Shown here: positions 43,803-53,900 of the stretch, one piece after another
Numbering within the stretch: position 1 is the first letter of the stretch
Layout: each line of letters opens with the position of its first letter
From: Patescibacteria group bacterium
GTDB taxonomy: Bacteria; Patescibacteriota; Patescibacteriia; Patescibacteriales; UBA12465
Reading direction: 5' to 3'
DNA: 64,000 nt
Assembly: GCA_041651355.1 (NCBI GenBank)
Contig: JBAZJK010000001.1
Span: 229,883 to 293,882, forward strand
Translations under genes and position numbers: made by a program
The notes under the pieces: model-generated
Seen by the model: the letters and a program-made list of their open reading frames with translations, nothing else
Databases searched by the model: none
What the model was told of the DNA's origin: nothing

Positions 43803-46800
43803 ATGACTAAATTACGCAAATTCTTAACTATCGGCGTAATGGTAATGACAATTATTGCCATGAGTGGTGCTTTCATCACTCCAGCTAAAGCTGCCGCATC
43901 TGCTGGCGACTTAATTAAAATGGCTGGCAATTCTTCTGTCTATTACTTAGGTTCCGATAGCAAGAGATATGTCTTCCCTAATGAAGCTACTTATTTCTCT
44001 TGGTACAAAGATTTCAGCGGTGTGATTACTATCCCCGCTACTGAACTGCAGAGCTACATGCTTGGCGGTAATGTCACCATGAGACCAGGTACTAAATTAG
44101 TGAAGATCGTTACTGATCCTTCTGTATACGCTGTTGAACCAAACGGTGTATTAAGAAAGATCGCCAGTGAAGCTGATGCAATCGCTTTATACGGCTCTAC
44201 TTGGGCAACCAGGGTAGTCGATGTAGCTGATTCTTTCTTCACTAACTACACTGTTGGCTCTCCTTTAACTTCTAACACTTATCCTAAGGGTTCTTTGTTA
44301 AAGAATGCTTCCAGTGCTAACATCTATTACTACGATGGTACTAACTATCGTTTGATTGCTAGCGACGCTGCTTTTACTGCTAACCGCTTTAATAATGCTT
44401 ACGTCGTTACCACTTCCATGACCTTAACCGCTGGTGGTACTTCCATCACCGCCGCTGAAACCGGTATTACTAATACCGCTCAAGCTGGTGGCACTGGTCC
44501 AATCATCACTGGTTCTGGTTTAACCGTGGCTTTAGCTGCTGATCAGCCGGTTTCTGCTACTTATGTTAGAGATACTGGTGCTATCGTCTCACAAGCTGTT
44601 GCCCCTTTCTTGAAATTAAATTTTACAGCGGCCTCAGACGGACCCGTTACTGTTAATACCTTACGTTTAACAAGAAGCGGAATCTCTGCTGATTCTGATT
44701 TAGGTACTGTATATATTTATGATGGCGAAACAATGTTAGCAGAGCACACTTCTTTGTCTAACCGAGTAATCACCTTCAATAATAGTAATGGTTTATTTGT
44801 TGTGCCAGCTGGTACTACAAAGACTATTACTGTTAAGGCCGATATCGCTGCTGTTAATGCCACTGTTTCTGGTATAGTATTAGGTGTTAATGCTGCATCT
44901 GATATCACCTCTACCGGAGCCACTGTTTCTGGTTCTTTCCCGATTAATGGTAATTCTATGGCTGTTGGCACTGTTACAGACTTGGGTTATGTTAACGTAA
45001 CCGGGTTTACAACCTGCCCAGCCACTATTGATCCAGGAAAAACCAATGAAGAAATTTGGAGATTCTCTGCTACTGCTAACGATCAGAACATGTCCATTAA
45101 ATACTTAAAAATGACTGTTGTTGGCACTGTTGCGGTGAATGATTTAGCCAATTTTAAGTTAGAAGTGGGCGGCGTTCAGGTTGGCTCTACTGTAGCTAGT
45201 ATGAATGCTAGTAAAGAAGTAATCTTTGACTTATCCGCAGCTCCTTATCAGATTACAAGCGGACAAACCAAGGTCTTCACTCTTAAGGCTGATGTCTTAA
45301 ACGGTTCTAGCCGAGCCTTTAAGGTTACTATTAGGAAAGTTGGTGACTTTATTACCACCGATAATAATTATGGCGTACAAGTTAAGCCTCTAAAGAGTGG
45401 TGCTGCTTTCGCCTTAATTGAACCAACCACTGGCGCTGGTACTACTATTAATTCCGGCACCTTGACCGTTTCTGTTGCCTCTGACTCTCCAACTGGTAAT
45501 ATTCCAGCAGGCTCTAACGATGTTTCTTTAGCTAAGTTCACATACAAAGCTAATGGTGAAGATATTAAAGTAACATCCATTAACGTCTCAGTTAATGAAG
45601 AAAATGGAGATAAGGCTCTTAAAAATGGTAAATTGTATTGGAATGGTTCTCAGGTCGGTAGCACTGATACCAGTGTTGCTGATGAGACAACCGTTGTTTA
45701 CACTTTAAGCCAGGTTATCCCAGCTGGTCAGACTGCCACTATTGAGTACAAGGCTGACACCATTGATGACACAAATACCAATCTTGTGTCAGGTCAAACT
45801 ATCGTTGTGAGTCTAGTCGCCGGCACAACTGATGCTACTGGACAGTCATCTTTGAATTCTGTTTCTACGGCAGCTGCAACTGCAAGGACTTTAACCGTTG
45901 CTTCAGGTTTGGTAGTAGCTAGCGAGAATTTATCAATGGCTAATTACTCAGCGACCACTCCTACTGGAGTTGTCGGAGCGACTAACGTTAAAGTAGCTTC
46001 TGTTATCTTAACTGCTGGTTCTGGCGAAGGTGTAACCGTAAACCAGATCGTAGTTGGCGATGATGGTGATGACACTACTGAAGATTTTGGTGACAATTTC
46101 CAAAATCTAGTTCCAAAAAATTCTGCTGGTACCGCTTTAGCCACAGTTCAAGGCACTTTAGCGGCTACCGCTGGGGCTGATTATACTTTCACCCTATCTC
46201 CAGCCGTTGTTATCCCAGCTGGTCAACAGTATGTAGTTGACTTTTATGCTGATATTTTGACTGGCGCAACTGGTTTCGGTGGTGCCAGACCAGGCTTGGA
46301 GTTCGTGAACTTATCAGCTACTGGCAATACTACTAGTTCCGATGCCTATCCTAGTGCTAGCGTCGCTGACTTGCAGGATCTATACATAGCAGCTAATGGT
46401 TCGTTAACAGTTACAGCTGATGCTGACACTCCAACTGGCGCTCAGATAGTATTAGGTCAAACAGATGTTGAATTAGCTAAGTTAAAATTCACCGCTGGTG
46501 CTTCAGAAAATGTTAATATTAACAGGATTGCTTTAACTGATACCAGTTCAGCCGCTAATAGTTTAACTAACGTTAGATTATATGATGGCACGAATATGGT
46601 CGGTTCCTCAGTCGCTGCGTTTAATGCTGCAACTAATGGCGTAGCTACTTGGAATTTAGTAACTCCTTTAGTAATAACTAAGAATACTTCTAAGACTTTG
46701 ACCGTTAAAGCTGATATAAATGCTTATCCTAATGGAACCTCTGCTAGCACTCATGTTATCAATTTAGCTTCTAATGCTAATATTGATTCTATTGGTGCAT

Positions 46801-47360
46801 CTTCAGGCGCTCCTATTACCGAAACCGTTACTTCGGCTACCGGTAATACAATGACTGCCTATAGAACCAAAGTTTCTGTTAGTAAAGACGCAACTTCACC
46901 TTCTGGCGCGCCTACAGCTACTACCGATCAAACCGTCTTAGTATTCAACGTTACAAATACTAGTAATGTAGATAACCAGGATGCCACTGTTAAAGATTTA
47001 GCTTTAAATTTATCTACCTCTGGCACATGGTTGACTGCTACAACTAGAAATATTAAGGTTTACAAGAATACCATTACTGCTGGCAATTTAGTCGGCACGA
47101 AGGCTTTCGCCCCGGCCGCTGCTTTAGCCAGTGTGGCTTTCGATGGTTGGGATACCACTACATCATTAACCGATGTTAGTGTTGCCAATGGTAGCTCTGT
47201 AAAGTTTATTGTAACCGTTGATACTAACGAAGCTCCAACTGATGGTCGTTTGACTGTTAGTATTCCGAGCTCGAATGGTATTAAGTGGACTGATGGCGTT
47301 ACCGCAAATATTGTGGTGGTTGATTCTTTACCACTTAACGGTGGGACTCTAACTTACTAA
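43803..47360 (+). CDS. Giant secreted Thr/Ala/Ser/Val-rich surface (S-layer-like) protein with tandem Ig-like repeats
   Basis: About 1185 aa from ATG 43803; the track TTG is at 43797. It has a signal peptide ending PAKAAAS, and repeated beta-rich modules of about 100 aa (…LAKFTYKANGEDIKVTSI…, …LAKLKFTAGASENVNINRI…). There is a strong bias toward T-ending codons and a strong terminator. Confidence 0.8.
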   Translation: MTKLRKFLTIGVMVMTIIAMSGAFITPAKAAASAGDLIKMAGNSSVYYLGSDSKRYVFPNEATYFSWYKDFSGVITIPATELQSYMLGGNVTMRPGTKLVKIVTDPSVYAVEPNGVLRKIASEADAIALYGSTWATRVVDVADSFFTNYTVGSPLTSNTYPKGSLLKNASSANIYYYDGTNYRLIASDAAFTANRFNNAYVVTTSMTLTAGGTSITAAETGITNTAQAGGTGPIITGSGLTVALAADQPVSATYVRDTGAIVSQAVAPFLKLNFTAASDGPVTVNTLRLTRSGISADSDLGTVYIYDGETMLAEHTSLSNRVITFNNSNGLFVVPAGTTKTITVKADIAAVNATVSGIVLGVNAASDITSTGATVSGSFPINGNSMAVGTVTDLGYVNVTGFTTCPATIDPGKTNEEIWRFSATANDQNMSIKYLKMTVVGTVAVNDLANFKLEVGGVQVGSTVASMNASKEVIFDLSAAPYQITSGQTKVFTLKADVLNGSSRAFKVTIRKVGDFITTDNNYGVQVKPLKSGAAFALIEPTTGAGTTINSGTLTVSVASDSPTGNIPAGSNDVSLAKFTYKANGEDIKVTSINVSVNEENGDKALKNGKLYWNGSQVGSTDTSVADETTVVYTLSQVIPAGQTATIEYKADTIDDTNTNLVSGQTIVVSLVAGTTDATGQSSLNSVSTAAATARTLTVASGLVVASENLSMANYSATTPTGVVGATNVKVASVILTAGSGEGVTVNQIVVGDDGDDTTEDFGDNFQNLVPKNSAGTALATVQGTLAATAGADYTFTLSPAVVIPAGQQYVVDFYADILTGATGFGGARPGLEFVNLSATGNTTSSDAYPSASVADLQDLYIAANGSLTVTADADTPTGAQIVLGQTDVELAKLKFTAGASENVNINRIALTDTSSAANSLTNVRLYDGTNMVGSSVAAFNAATNGVATWNLVTPLVITKNTSKTLTVKADINAYPNGTSASTHVINLASNANIDSIGASSGAPITETVTSATGNTMTAYRTKVSVSKDATSPSGAPTATTDQTVLVFNVTNTSNVDNQDATVKDLALNLSTSGTWLTATTRNIKVYKNTITAGNLVGTKAFAPAAALASVAFDGWDTTTSLTDVSVANGSSVKFIVTVDTNEAPTDGRLTVSIPSSNGIKWTDGVTANIVVVDSLPLNGGTLTY

Positions 47361-47380
47361 TCTAAATTAGTTTGTTACAA

Positions 47381-47410
47381 CAAAAGCACCCCTTATGGGG
47401 TGCTTTTGTT
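47381..47410 (+). terminator. Strong intrinsic terminator after surface-protein gene
   Basis: CAAAAGCACCCC-ttat-GGGGTGCTTTTG stem followed by a T-rich tail. Confidence 0.85.
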
Positions 47411-47473
47411 ATTGATTTTTGGATATTTTTGCGGTATTATAAGAATTATTCATTAATTTTTTATTCATAATTT

Positions 47474-48193
47474 ATGAAAAGTAGTAAATATATTAGAATA
47501 GGTTATTTAATTTTTTTACTTTTGTTTTTAAGTTTAGGATTGGTCGGTTTTTTATATTTTAAGAATTCTTTCACTAAAGTCGAACTTCCATTAAGTAATG
47601 AATCGGATGAGATAAATGAAAATAATGAAACTTTAGAACAGAGCGGTATCATTAAAGTTGATGAAGTTAAAAAAAATAATGTTGATCAACAAGTGGTTGG
47701 TTCCTATAATAATTATCTAGTAGAAGGTCTAAAATATAAAGCCAGTGGTGATGCTGGTAATAAGGACGACTATTATCAGGCTATAAATAGTTTTCAGAAG
47801 GCAGTTGATTTAACTAATGGACAATATTGGGTTCCAGTTGTGAATATTGCTAATATATACAAAACATTGGGCGAATATGGTAAGTCCGAGGTTTATTATA
47901 ATAATGCTTTAAAAATATCTAATTATAGTGAAAGCTCTATTTATATTTCAAAAATTGATCTATATAAGAATTACCTTAAAAAAGACAATAATTCTATTAT
48001 CTCTCTATACGATGAGGCTGTTGATAATGTTGTTATTGATCAGATGGTCGTTATTGCGGATTATGCCAGCTTCCTTAAGAGTATAAGTAAATATAGAGAG
48101 TCTCTAGATTATTATCGAATTTTGTCTAAAAGTTATCCTAATAATAGTCGTTATCGCGATGAAGTGGTTTTATTAGAGAGTTTAGTGAAATAA
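47474..48193 (+). CDS. Membrane-anchored TPR-like repeat protein (AT-rich gene)
   Basis: 239 aa with an N-terminal TM helix and TPR-like helical pairs (YYQAINSFQKAVDL..., GKSEVYYNNALKI...). It is visibly AT-richer than its neighbours. Confidence 0.6.
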   Translation: MKSSKYIRIGYLIFLLLFLSLGLVGFLYFKNSFTKVELPLSNESDEINENNETLEQSGIIKVDEVKKNNVDQQVVGSYNNYLVEGLKYKASGDAGNKDDYYQAINSFQKAVDLTNGQYWVPVVNIANIYKTLGEYGKSEVYYNNALKISNYSESSIYISKIDLYKNYLKKDNNSIISLYDEAVDNVVIDQMVVIADYASFLKSISKYRESLDYYRILSKSYPNNSRYRDEVVLLESLVK

Positions 48194-48293
48194 GTCTAAA
48201 ATATATAAATCAAGCCGCCCAGATTGCCCATTTTCTGGGTTTTTTGCTATAATAATCAGCATAAGCCATTAATTCATTTTTTGTTTCAAATCT

Positions 48294-50399
48294 ATGAAGC
48301 CTAAAGTTTATCTACTCATTTTGCGTCTGGGGGTTTTCTTGTCCTTGCTTACCGTCTTTTTGGTTTTTAGGAACCTTCTGTTTCCTTATATCACCTCTAA
48401 GCAGCTGGTCTTAAATATCCTGATGGAATTCCTTTTGGCGATCACCTTGGTCTTCTGGTGGAAGTTTCCTAGCTACCGGCCGAAGAAGTCTTGGATTACT
48501 TGGGGGCTTATTTCTTATTTTATAGCTATTATTGCTTCCTTATTCGTCACAATCGACTTCAATCTTAGTTTCTGGGGTGATGCGGAAAGGATGCTGGGCT
48601 TATTCCATCTCTTCCATTTCTTGATCCTGTATTTCATCATCATTACGGCTTTCCGGGAAAAGAAGGATTGGAAACTGCTATTTCTCGCCTCCATTCTGGT
48701 GGCGGTGGTGGAAAGCTATTTCTGCCTCAAGGGGCAGCTCGCCTATGGCACTATCGGTAATACGGCTTATGTTAGCGGCTACTTGATCTTTAATCTTTTC
48801 TTCGCCGCCATTCTGTTTCTAAAATCCAAATCAAAGCTCTGGCGTTGGTTATATTTAATCCCGGTGGTGATTATGCTTTTTGCCTTCCGCCGGGCCAATA
48901 CTTCCGGGGCGATCATCGGTTTGGGCATTAGCGTTCTCTTATTCTTATTCTTATTCGGTTTCTTCCAGCGAAACAAAAAACTAAAATATTGGACTTTGGG
49001 AATAGCTTCAGTTTTGGTGTTAGGGGTGATTTTCGTCTTTTCCCAATCGCAATCCGATTGGTTCCAGTCAAGCACCCGTCTGCGTAATCTAACTTCCCAG
49101 AAGAGCACCTTCCAGACCCGCTTGGTTTCCTGGCGGGGTGCGGCGGCTGATTTCAAATTCCATCCGATCCTCGGGGTGGGTTATGGCAACTACGCTTCAG
49201 TTTTTGACCGTCAGTTCGATCCCAAGTTCTATAATTACAGCCGGACGGAAACCTATTTCGACCGGGCGCATAATAACCTGATCGATATCGTTACCACCAC
49301 CGGCCTCTTGGGTCTCCTGGCTTATCTCAGCATCTTCGTCGCCCTCTTCTATTATCTATTCCTCTACTTCAAGCCCATTCTCCGCGATTATCGTGGTGGC
49401 GAAGAGGGAAGCAGCCGCCAGTTAGCTGAAGTCTTCTTGATTGTGTCGCTGGTTGTTGCTTATTTTATCCAGAACCTAGCGGTCTTCGATTCTCTGGTGA
49501 CCTATATGGGGCTAATGATTATCTTGGCCTATGTATATTATCTGGTCCAAATTAAGCCCGAAGACGGGGAAGAAGAGGCTAGACCGGCGATCAAATCTAA
49601 GACGGAATATATCGCTCTGGGTTCTGTCATAATAGTCGCCTTGGTTTTTATCTATACTTTTAATGTCAGGCCCTGGCGTATGTTTGTAAATACGATAAAT
49701 AGTTATTCCCAGACTTTATCCGGGGACGTGGTTAATGGCCTTAACAGCTATCGTGAGGCTCTAGACAGTAATACCGGTCTGGAGCGGGACGCTCGTTTTT
49801 CCTTTATTGGCCTGATCTCGACTAATCCGGCCGTCCTTTCCTATCTGACTCCGGCTGAAGCCCAGGATACTCTCGCCTATACGGTTAGCCTAGCCCAGAA
49901 GAACTTGAGCTATAATGAAGAGGATAGCTTGGGGCAATTACAGCTAGCGCAAATCGCTGATCTGGGCGCTCGGGTGAATTATCAAGACCAGGTCCTGTTT
50001 GAGAGGTATTCTACTCTCTCTTTGAACGCGATCGACGCGGCGATAAAAGCTAGCCCGCGCCGGCCAACCCTATATTTCGCTAAGGCCCAATTGCTTTTAG
50101 CGCGGGGTGATAAAGAGGGGACGATTGAAAGTATGAAATATGGTATTAGTTTGAACCCGGAATATCCGGATGGGCATTGCCAGCTGGCCCTTATCTATAT
50201 CTTGTTAGACGATGACGAGGCTAGTTATCCTTATGTGACGAGTTGTTTGGATAATAAGGGACAATTCGCTTTCCCGGAGAAAGCTTTGACAATCTGGGCT
50301 AAGCACTATACCGCGCTTAAGGATACGGCTCATTTAGAGCAGATTAACGCCCAGCTGGAAGCTTACAAAGCTGATTCGCTGGCGCCAATACAACCCTAA
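48294..50399 (+). CDS. O-antigen ligase/Wzy_C-domain polytopic membrane protein with C-terminal TPR domain
   Basis: 701 aa with about 12 TM helices. It has the O-antigen-ligase-like loop (RRANTSGAIIGLGISVLLF ... GVGYGNY ... AHNNLID) and C-terminal TPR-like repeats. Confidence 0.75.
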   Translation: MKPKVYLLILRLGVFLSLLTVFLVFRNLLFPYITSKQLVLNILMEFLLAITLVFWWKFPSYRPKKSWITWGLISYFIAIIASLFVTIDFNLSFWGDAERMLGLFHLFHFLILYFIIITAFREKKDWKLLFLASILVAVVESYFCLKGQLAYGTIGNTAYVSGYLIFNLFFAAILFLKSKSKLWRWLYLIPVVIMLFAFRRANTSGAIIGLGISVLLFLFLFGFFQRNKKLKYWTLGIASVLVLGVIFVFSQSQSDWFQSSTRLRNLTSQKSTFQTRLVSWRGAAADFKFHPILGVGYGNYASVFDRQFDPKFYNYSRTETYFDRAHNNLIDIVTTTGLLGLLAYLSIFVALFYYLFLYFKPILRDYRGGEEGSSRQLAEVFLIVSLVVAYFIQNLAVFDSLVTYMGLMIILAYVYYLVQIKPEDGEEEARPAIKSKTEYIALGSVIIVALVFIYTFNVRPWRMFVNTINSYSQTLSGDVVNGLNSYREALDSNTGLERDARFSFIGLISTNPAVLSYLTPAEAQDTLAYTVSLAQKNLSYNEEDSLGQLQLAQIADLGARVNYQDQVLFERYSTLSLNAIDAAIKASPRRPTLYFAKAQLLLARGDKEGTIESMKYGISLNPEYPDGHCQLALIYILLDDDEASYPYVTSCLDNKGQFAFPEKALTIWAKHYTALKDTAHLEQINAQLEAYKADSLAPIQP

Positions 50400-50425
50400 A
50401 ATCACTGATAATATAAAAGATCGAC

Positions 50426-50450
50426 AAAACCAGCCTCCGGGCTGGTTTTT
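50426..50450 (+). terminator. Intrinsic terminator
   Basis: AAAACCAGCC-tccg-GGCTGGTTTTT. Confidence 0.8.
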
Positions 50451-50556
50451 GTTAATGTTTTGCAGTCTTTGGCTTTTATCTTGATTTCAGGAAATCTTGG
50501 GCTTTCGATGAAGCCTGATGTGCTAGCCTGGAAGAGTAATATTTTCAATAAAAAAT

Positions 50557-50907
50557 ATGACTCTAAAAAAATTTTGCTTAAAGCATAGACGCACACTTCT
50601 AATCTCAGGCGGAATCATCCTGGCCTTATTGGTCCTAATGTTTATAAGCGCCCGTCCCTGGCGTTTAGCCGCCTCTTTGCGCGACCTGGAAGAATTATCT
50701 GCTTCTTTCAGGCGGGCCTATCCTTGCCATGAAGATTGTTTGATAAAGCGCTTGGGACTGGAAAACAAGCTGGCGGCGGCTTTAGAAGAAAAACAACCCG
50801 GTTTAGCAGAAATAATGGCCGCAAAAATTAAGGATGATTCCCAGGATGCGTCGTTTCGGCGCTCCTTGGATCGGATAATTAAATCCAGCGCTTATGAAAA
50901 TGATTAA
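50557..50907 (+). CDS. Small membrane-anchored hypothetical protein
   Basis: 116 aa with one TM helix. It overlaps the next gene by 14 nt, which suggests translational coupling. Confidence 0.5.
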   Translation: MTLKKFCLKHRRTLLISGGIILALLVLMFISARPWRLAASLRDLEELSASFRRAYPCHEDCLIKRLGLENKLAAALEEKQPGLAEIMAAKIKDDSQDASFRRSLDRIIKSSAYEND

Positions 50908-53900
50908 ATTAGTTTCAAGTATCTGTTTTCTCTTGGCATCTCTCGTTTGTGGGCTAGAAGTTAAGGCGATGCCGATCGGTACCCTGTTGTATCGAACTTC
51001 TAACCAGGGTCTGATGTACGGCTATAACAGCCCGGAGCTGATCGTGAGCGAGAAAGGAGTGATTAAGCACATATATTCCGGCCATGTGGGAATCTATGTC
51101 GGTTTGGAAAATGGCGTGCCTTATGTGGTAGAGGCTTTGGGCGATGGCGTAGTTAAAACCCCGGCTCAGTATTTTGTAAATGAAAGCGCGGGGGAAAAAT
51201 TTCTAGGCGCCAAATTCCCCAAGCAGGCGAACTCAGCCCAAGCCCAGCAAGCCGTGGCCATCGCCAAGAAGATAGCGGCTGATAATTTAGCCTATGACCT
51301 GGATTTCAGGCAACAGAAAGGTCCGGGCGATGGCGATTGGACTTGCGTCGGTTTAGTGGAAAAAGTTTACGAAAGCGCCAATATCTCTAATCCAGATAAC
51401 CTAGGTGCTTTAGAGTATAATCAGCCCTATTATGCTGTCGATATTACGCCCGACGGTTTTGATAATACCAGCTTATATAATTCAGGGGGTGATTGCTTTT
51501 CTCGGAAGCGGGAATTCTCTAAAATTAGTCGCCAGGATGATCTTCTTGTCCCTCTGCCAGAATTGATCGGTTTTGCGGCCGGTTTAGAGTATAAAAATGA
51601 ACGCTATATCTTTTTGCCTTATACTCAGTTCCTTCAAGAGAGTCTGCGGGAAGTAGCGGTAGATATTAAAATCAGCTCGTCCTTTCCGGAAGAGGAGATT
51701 AGGGGCTCAGTCTCGGTCTGGCCGGTAGTTTTAAAATGGAGCCTCATCAATAACCCGATTTCTTCTTTAAAGAAAGTCGTGCGCCTGATTTTTCCTAAGA
51801 CCGATGATCTCGATGATATCCCCCTAGATAAAGCTGTACCGACCTTACTTAACCCCCTATCTGTAATTAATGAGGATGAGACGGATAAAGATGGTGAAGA
51901 TGAAAGTTTGATAGAAAAGGTAGTACCGGAGGATTTGCTCGAGATAATTCCTCCAGTAGTGAAAGAGAAGGCCGAAAAAATCTTAGCTTCTTCAACAACG
52001 CTTAGCACTAGTCCGAAAAAGACGGCCGTGAAAGCGAGCTCTAGTCCAGCGGTCAAGCCTAAAACGGCCAGCTCTTCGCCTCCGGTACAAAATCAAGCCG
52101 CTCCATCTCCGCCCAAAGTCAAAGCGGCGGCGGAGACAAAGATCATCGCGCCGATCAGCACGAGCACTAATACCAGCACTCAAGCTTATGTGCGGCCGGT
52201 GAACACTTATGTCGCTACGACTTCGCCTGCGGCTAGTTCCTCAACTTCGACTCTGGATAATTTAGATCCGGCTTCGATCTTAGCCCCTGGTCATATTGTT
52301 ATCAGCCGAGTCGGAGAAGCGGGCGAAGATGATTGGGTCGAGCTATTTAACCCCTTTCCTGTGGCCTTTGATTTAGCGGCTAATGATTATCGTTTGGAAA
52401 GGTCTAAGACTGCCGTAGATCCTTCAATCATACTACGTTTCAATGATCCTGAGGACGGAGTTTTCAAGACGACAGTCATCGCTCCTTATGGTCGTTATTT
52501 AATTACCAGGGCGGAAGCTAGCCCGGCTCTACGTAACCAAGCGCAGGCGATTTCTCTGCGGGATGAATTCTCCTGGCCTCTAGGGGGCTATACCTTGTAT
52601 TTAGCCAAAGATGCGGTCAGCTCTAACCTTGATCCGGATATTATTGATTATCTTGGTTTCGGTGAAGCCGCCTATTATGAGGGGAGTGCTCCGGCGCCGG
52701 CCTTCACGGCTAATTATTATCTGAGCCGTAAAGCCCTGGCGTCTTCAACGCCGGTCACGATGCTAGAAGGCGGGGAGCACTACTCGCTTAACTTAGTCTA
52801 TGATAGTAACAATAATTCCTTTGATTGGATATTATTACCGATATCCGGCAGTCTAGAGCTAGCGAGTTCTTCTGAGCCTTATGATGACACTGATTACGGC
52901 CTGGATTCTCCTGGCATAGTTTATCTTAATCATTTCGATGAATGTTATCAGCCCGGGCAGAAATTTATCGTCGGCCTCTTTGCTTGCGCCCGCATCTTTG
53001 ATTTCAAAGAAACGATTGAAAGCGCCGATTTTTCTCCGTCTTTGGGGAACGGGAACTTTTCGCTTAGCTTTTTCTATAAGCCGCAAGGGGTTTTTCCCCG
53101 CTTCTTCTTCCGTCTGAGTAACGGTAATGGCAATGAAAATTTAGAAATCAGTTTAGAGTCTGGCATGAGCGAGATTGCCGGTTTGCCGGGCATCGCTTGG
53201 CGCAACTACGATCATAATTTTTGGCCGGATGAGGATTGGCATCTGTTTACCTTAGTGTCTAATAGCGCTGACGGCTATTGGGCGATTTATCAAGACGGAG
53301 AAGAAATCTATCGTCGAGACGTTTCGGGTTCTTTGCCTAGTTTTAATCATTTAGAATTTGGCGGTACTAACGGCTTCTTGGCTGTTGACGAATTTAGCGT
53401 TTGGAACCGGGCTTTAGGAGCAGGAGAGATTAGTCTGATCAGCCAAGCCAGACTGCCTTTCTATCCTTCGCCGCCGCTTAGTCCCTATGTTCCGGCAGTG
53501 CTGACTAATTTCTATAGTTTTGATGAAAATTTGGGTGACACGGCTCATGACGCGGTCGGCACTAACCATCTGTCTCTGGCCCATAATTTTTGGTATAGCA
53601 ATGGCAAAGTCGGAGGCTATATCTTCCAAGACCAGAGGCAAACGCTTATCACTTCGCCTTTGGCAGATATCACTGGTTCGGATTTATCTTTAACTTTCTG
53701 GTGGCGCAATCGCTCGCACCCCAACGAGGGCAGGGTGAAGCTAGCTCTTAACCATGATGATAAGGCGATGTTCGGGATAGTGGCCGGTTATTATCGTCCT
53801 GCTTATATATTTAATGGAGAATACGGAATCATTAGCGAAGGCGAAGATAAGACTATTCCCTATGACGATAATTGGCATCACTTAGCTTTAACTTATAGCG

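Noticed and set aside
51634-52183. Antisense ORFs of 140 and 63 aa lie inside the 1067-aa gene.
   Set aside because: They lie opposite the low-complexity Ser/Pro/Ala linker, where open antisense frames are expected.
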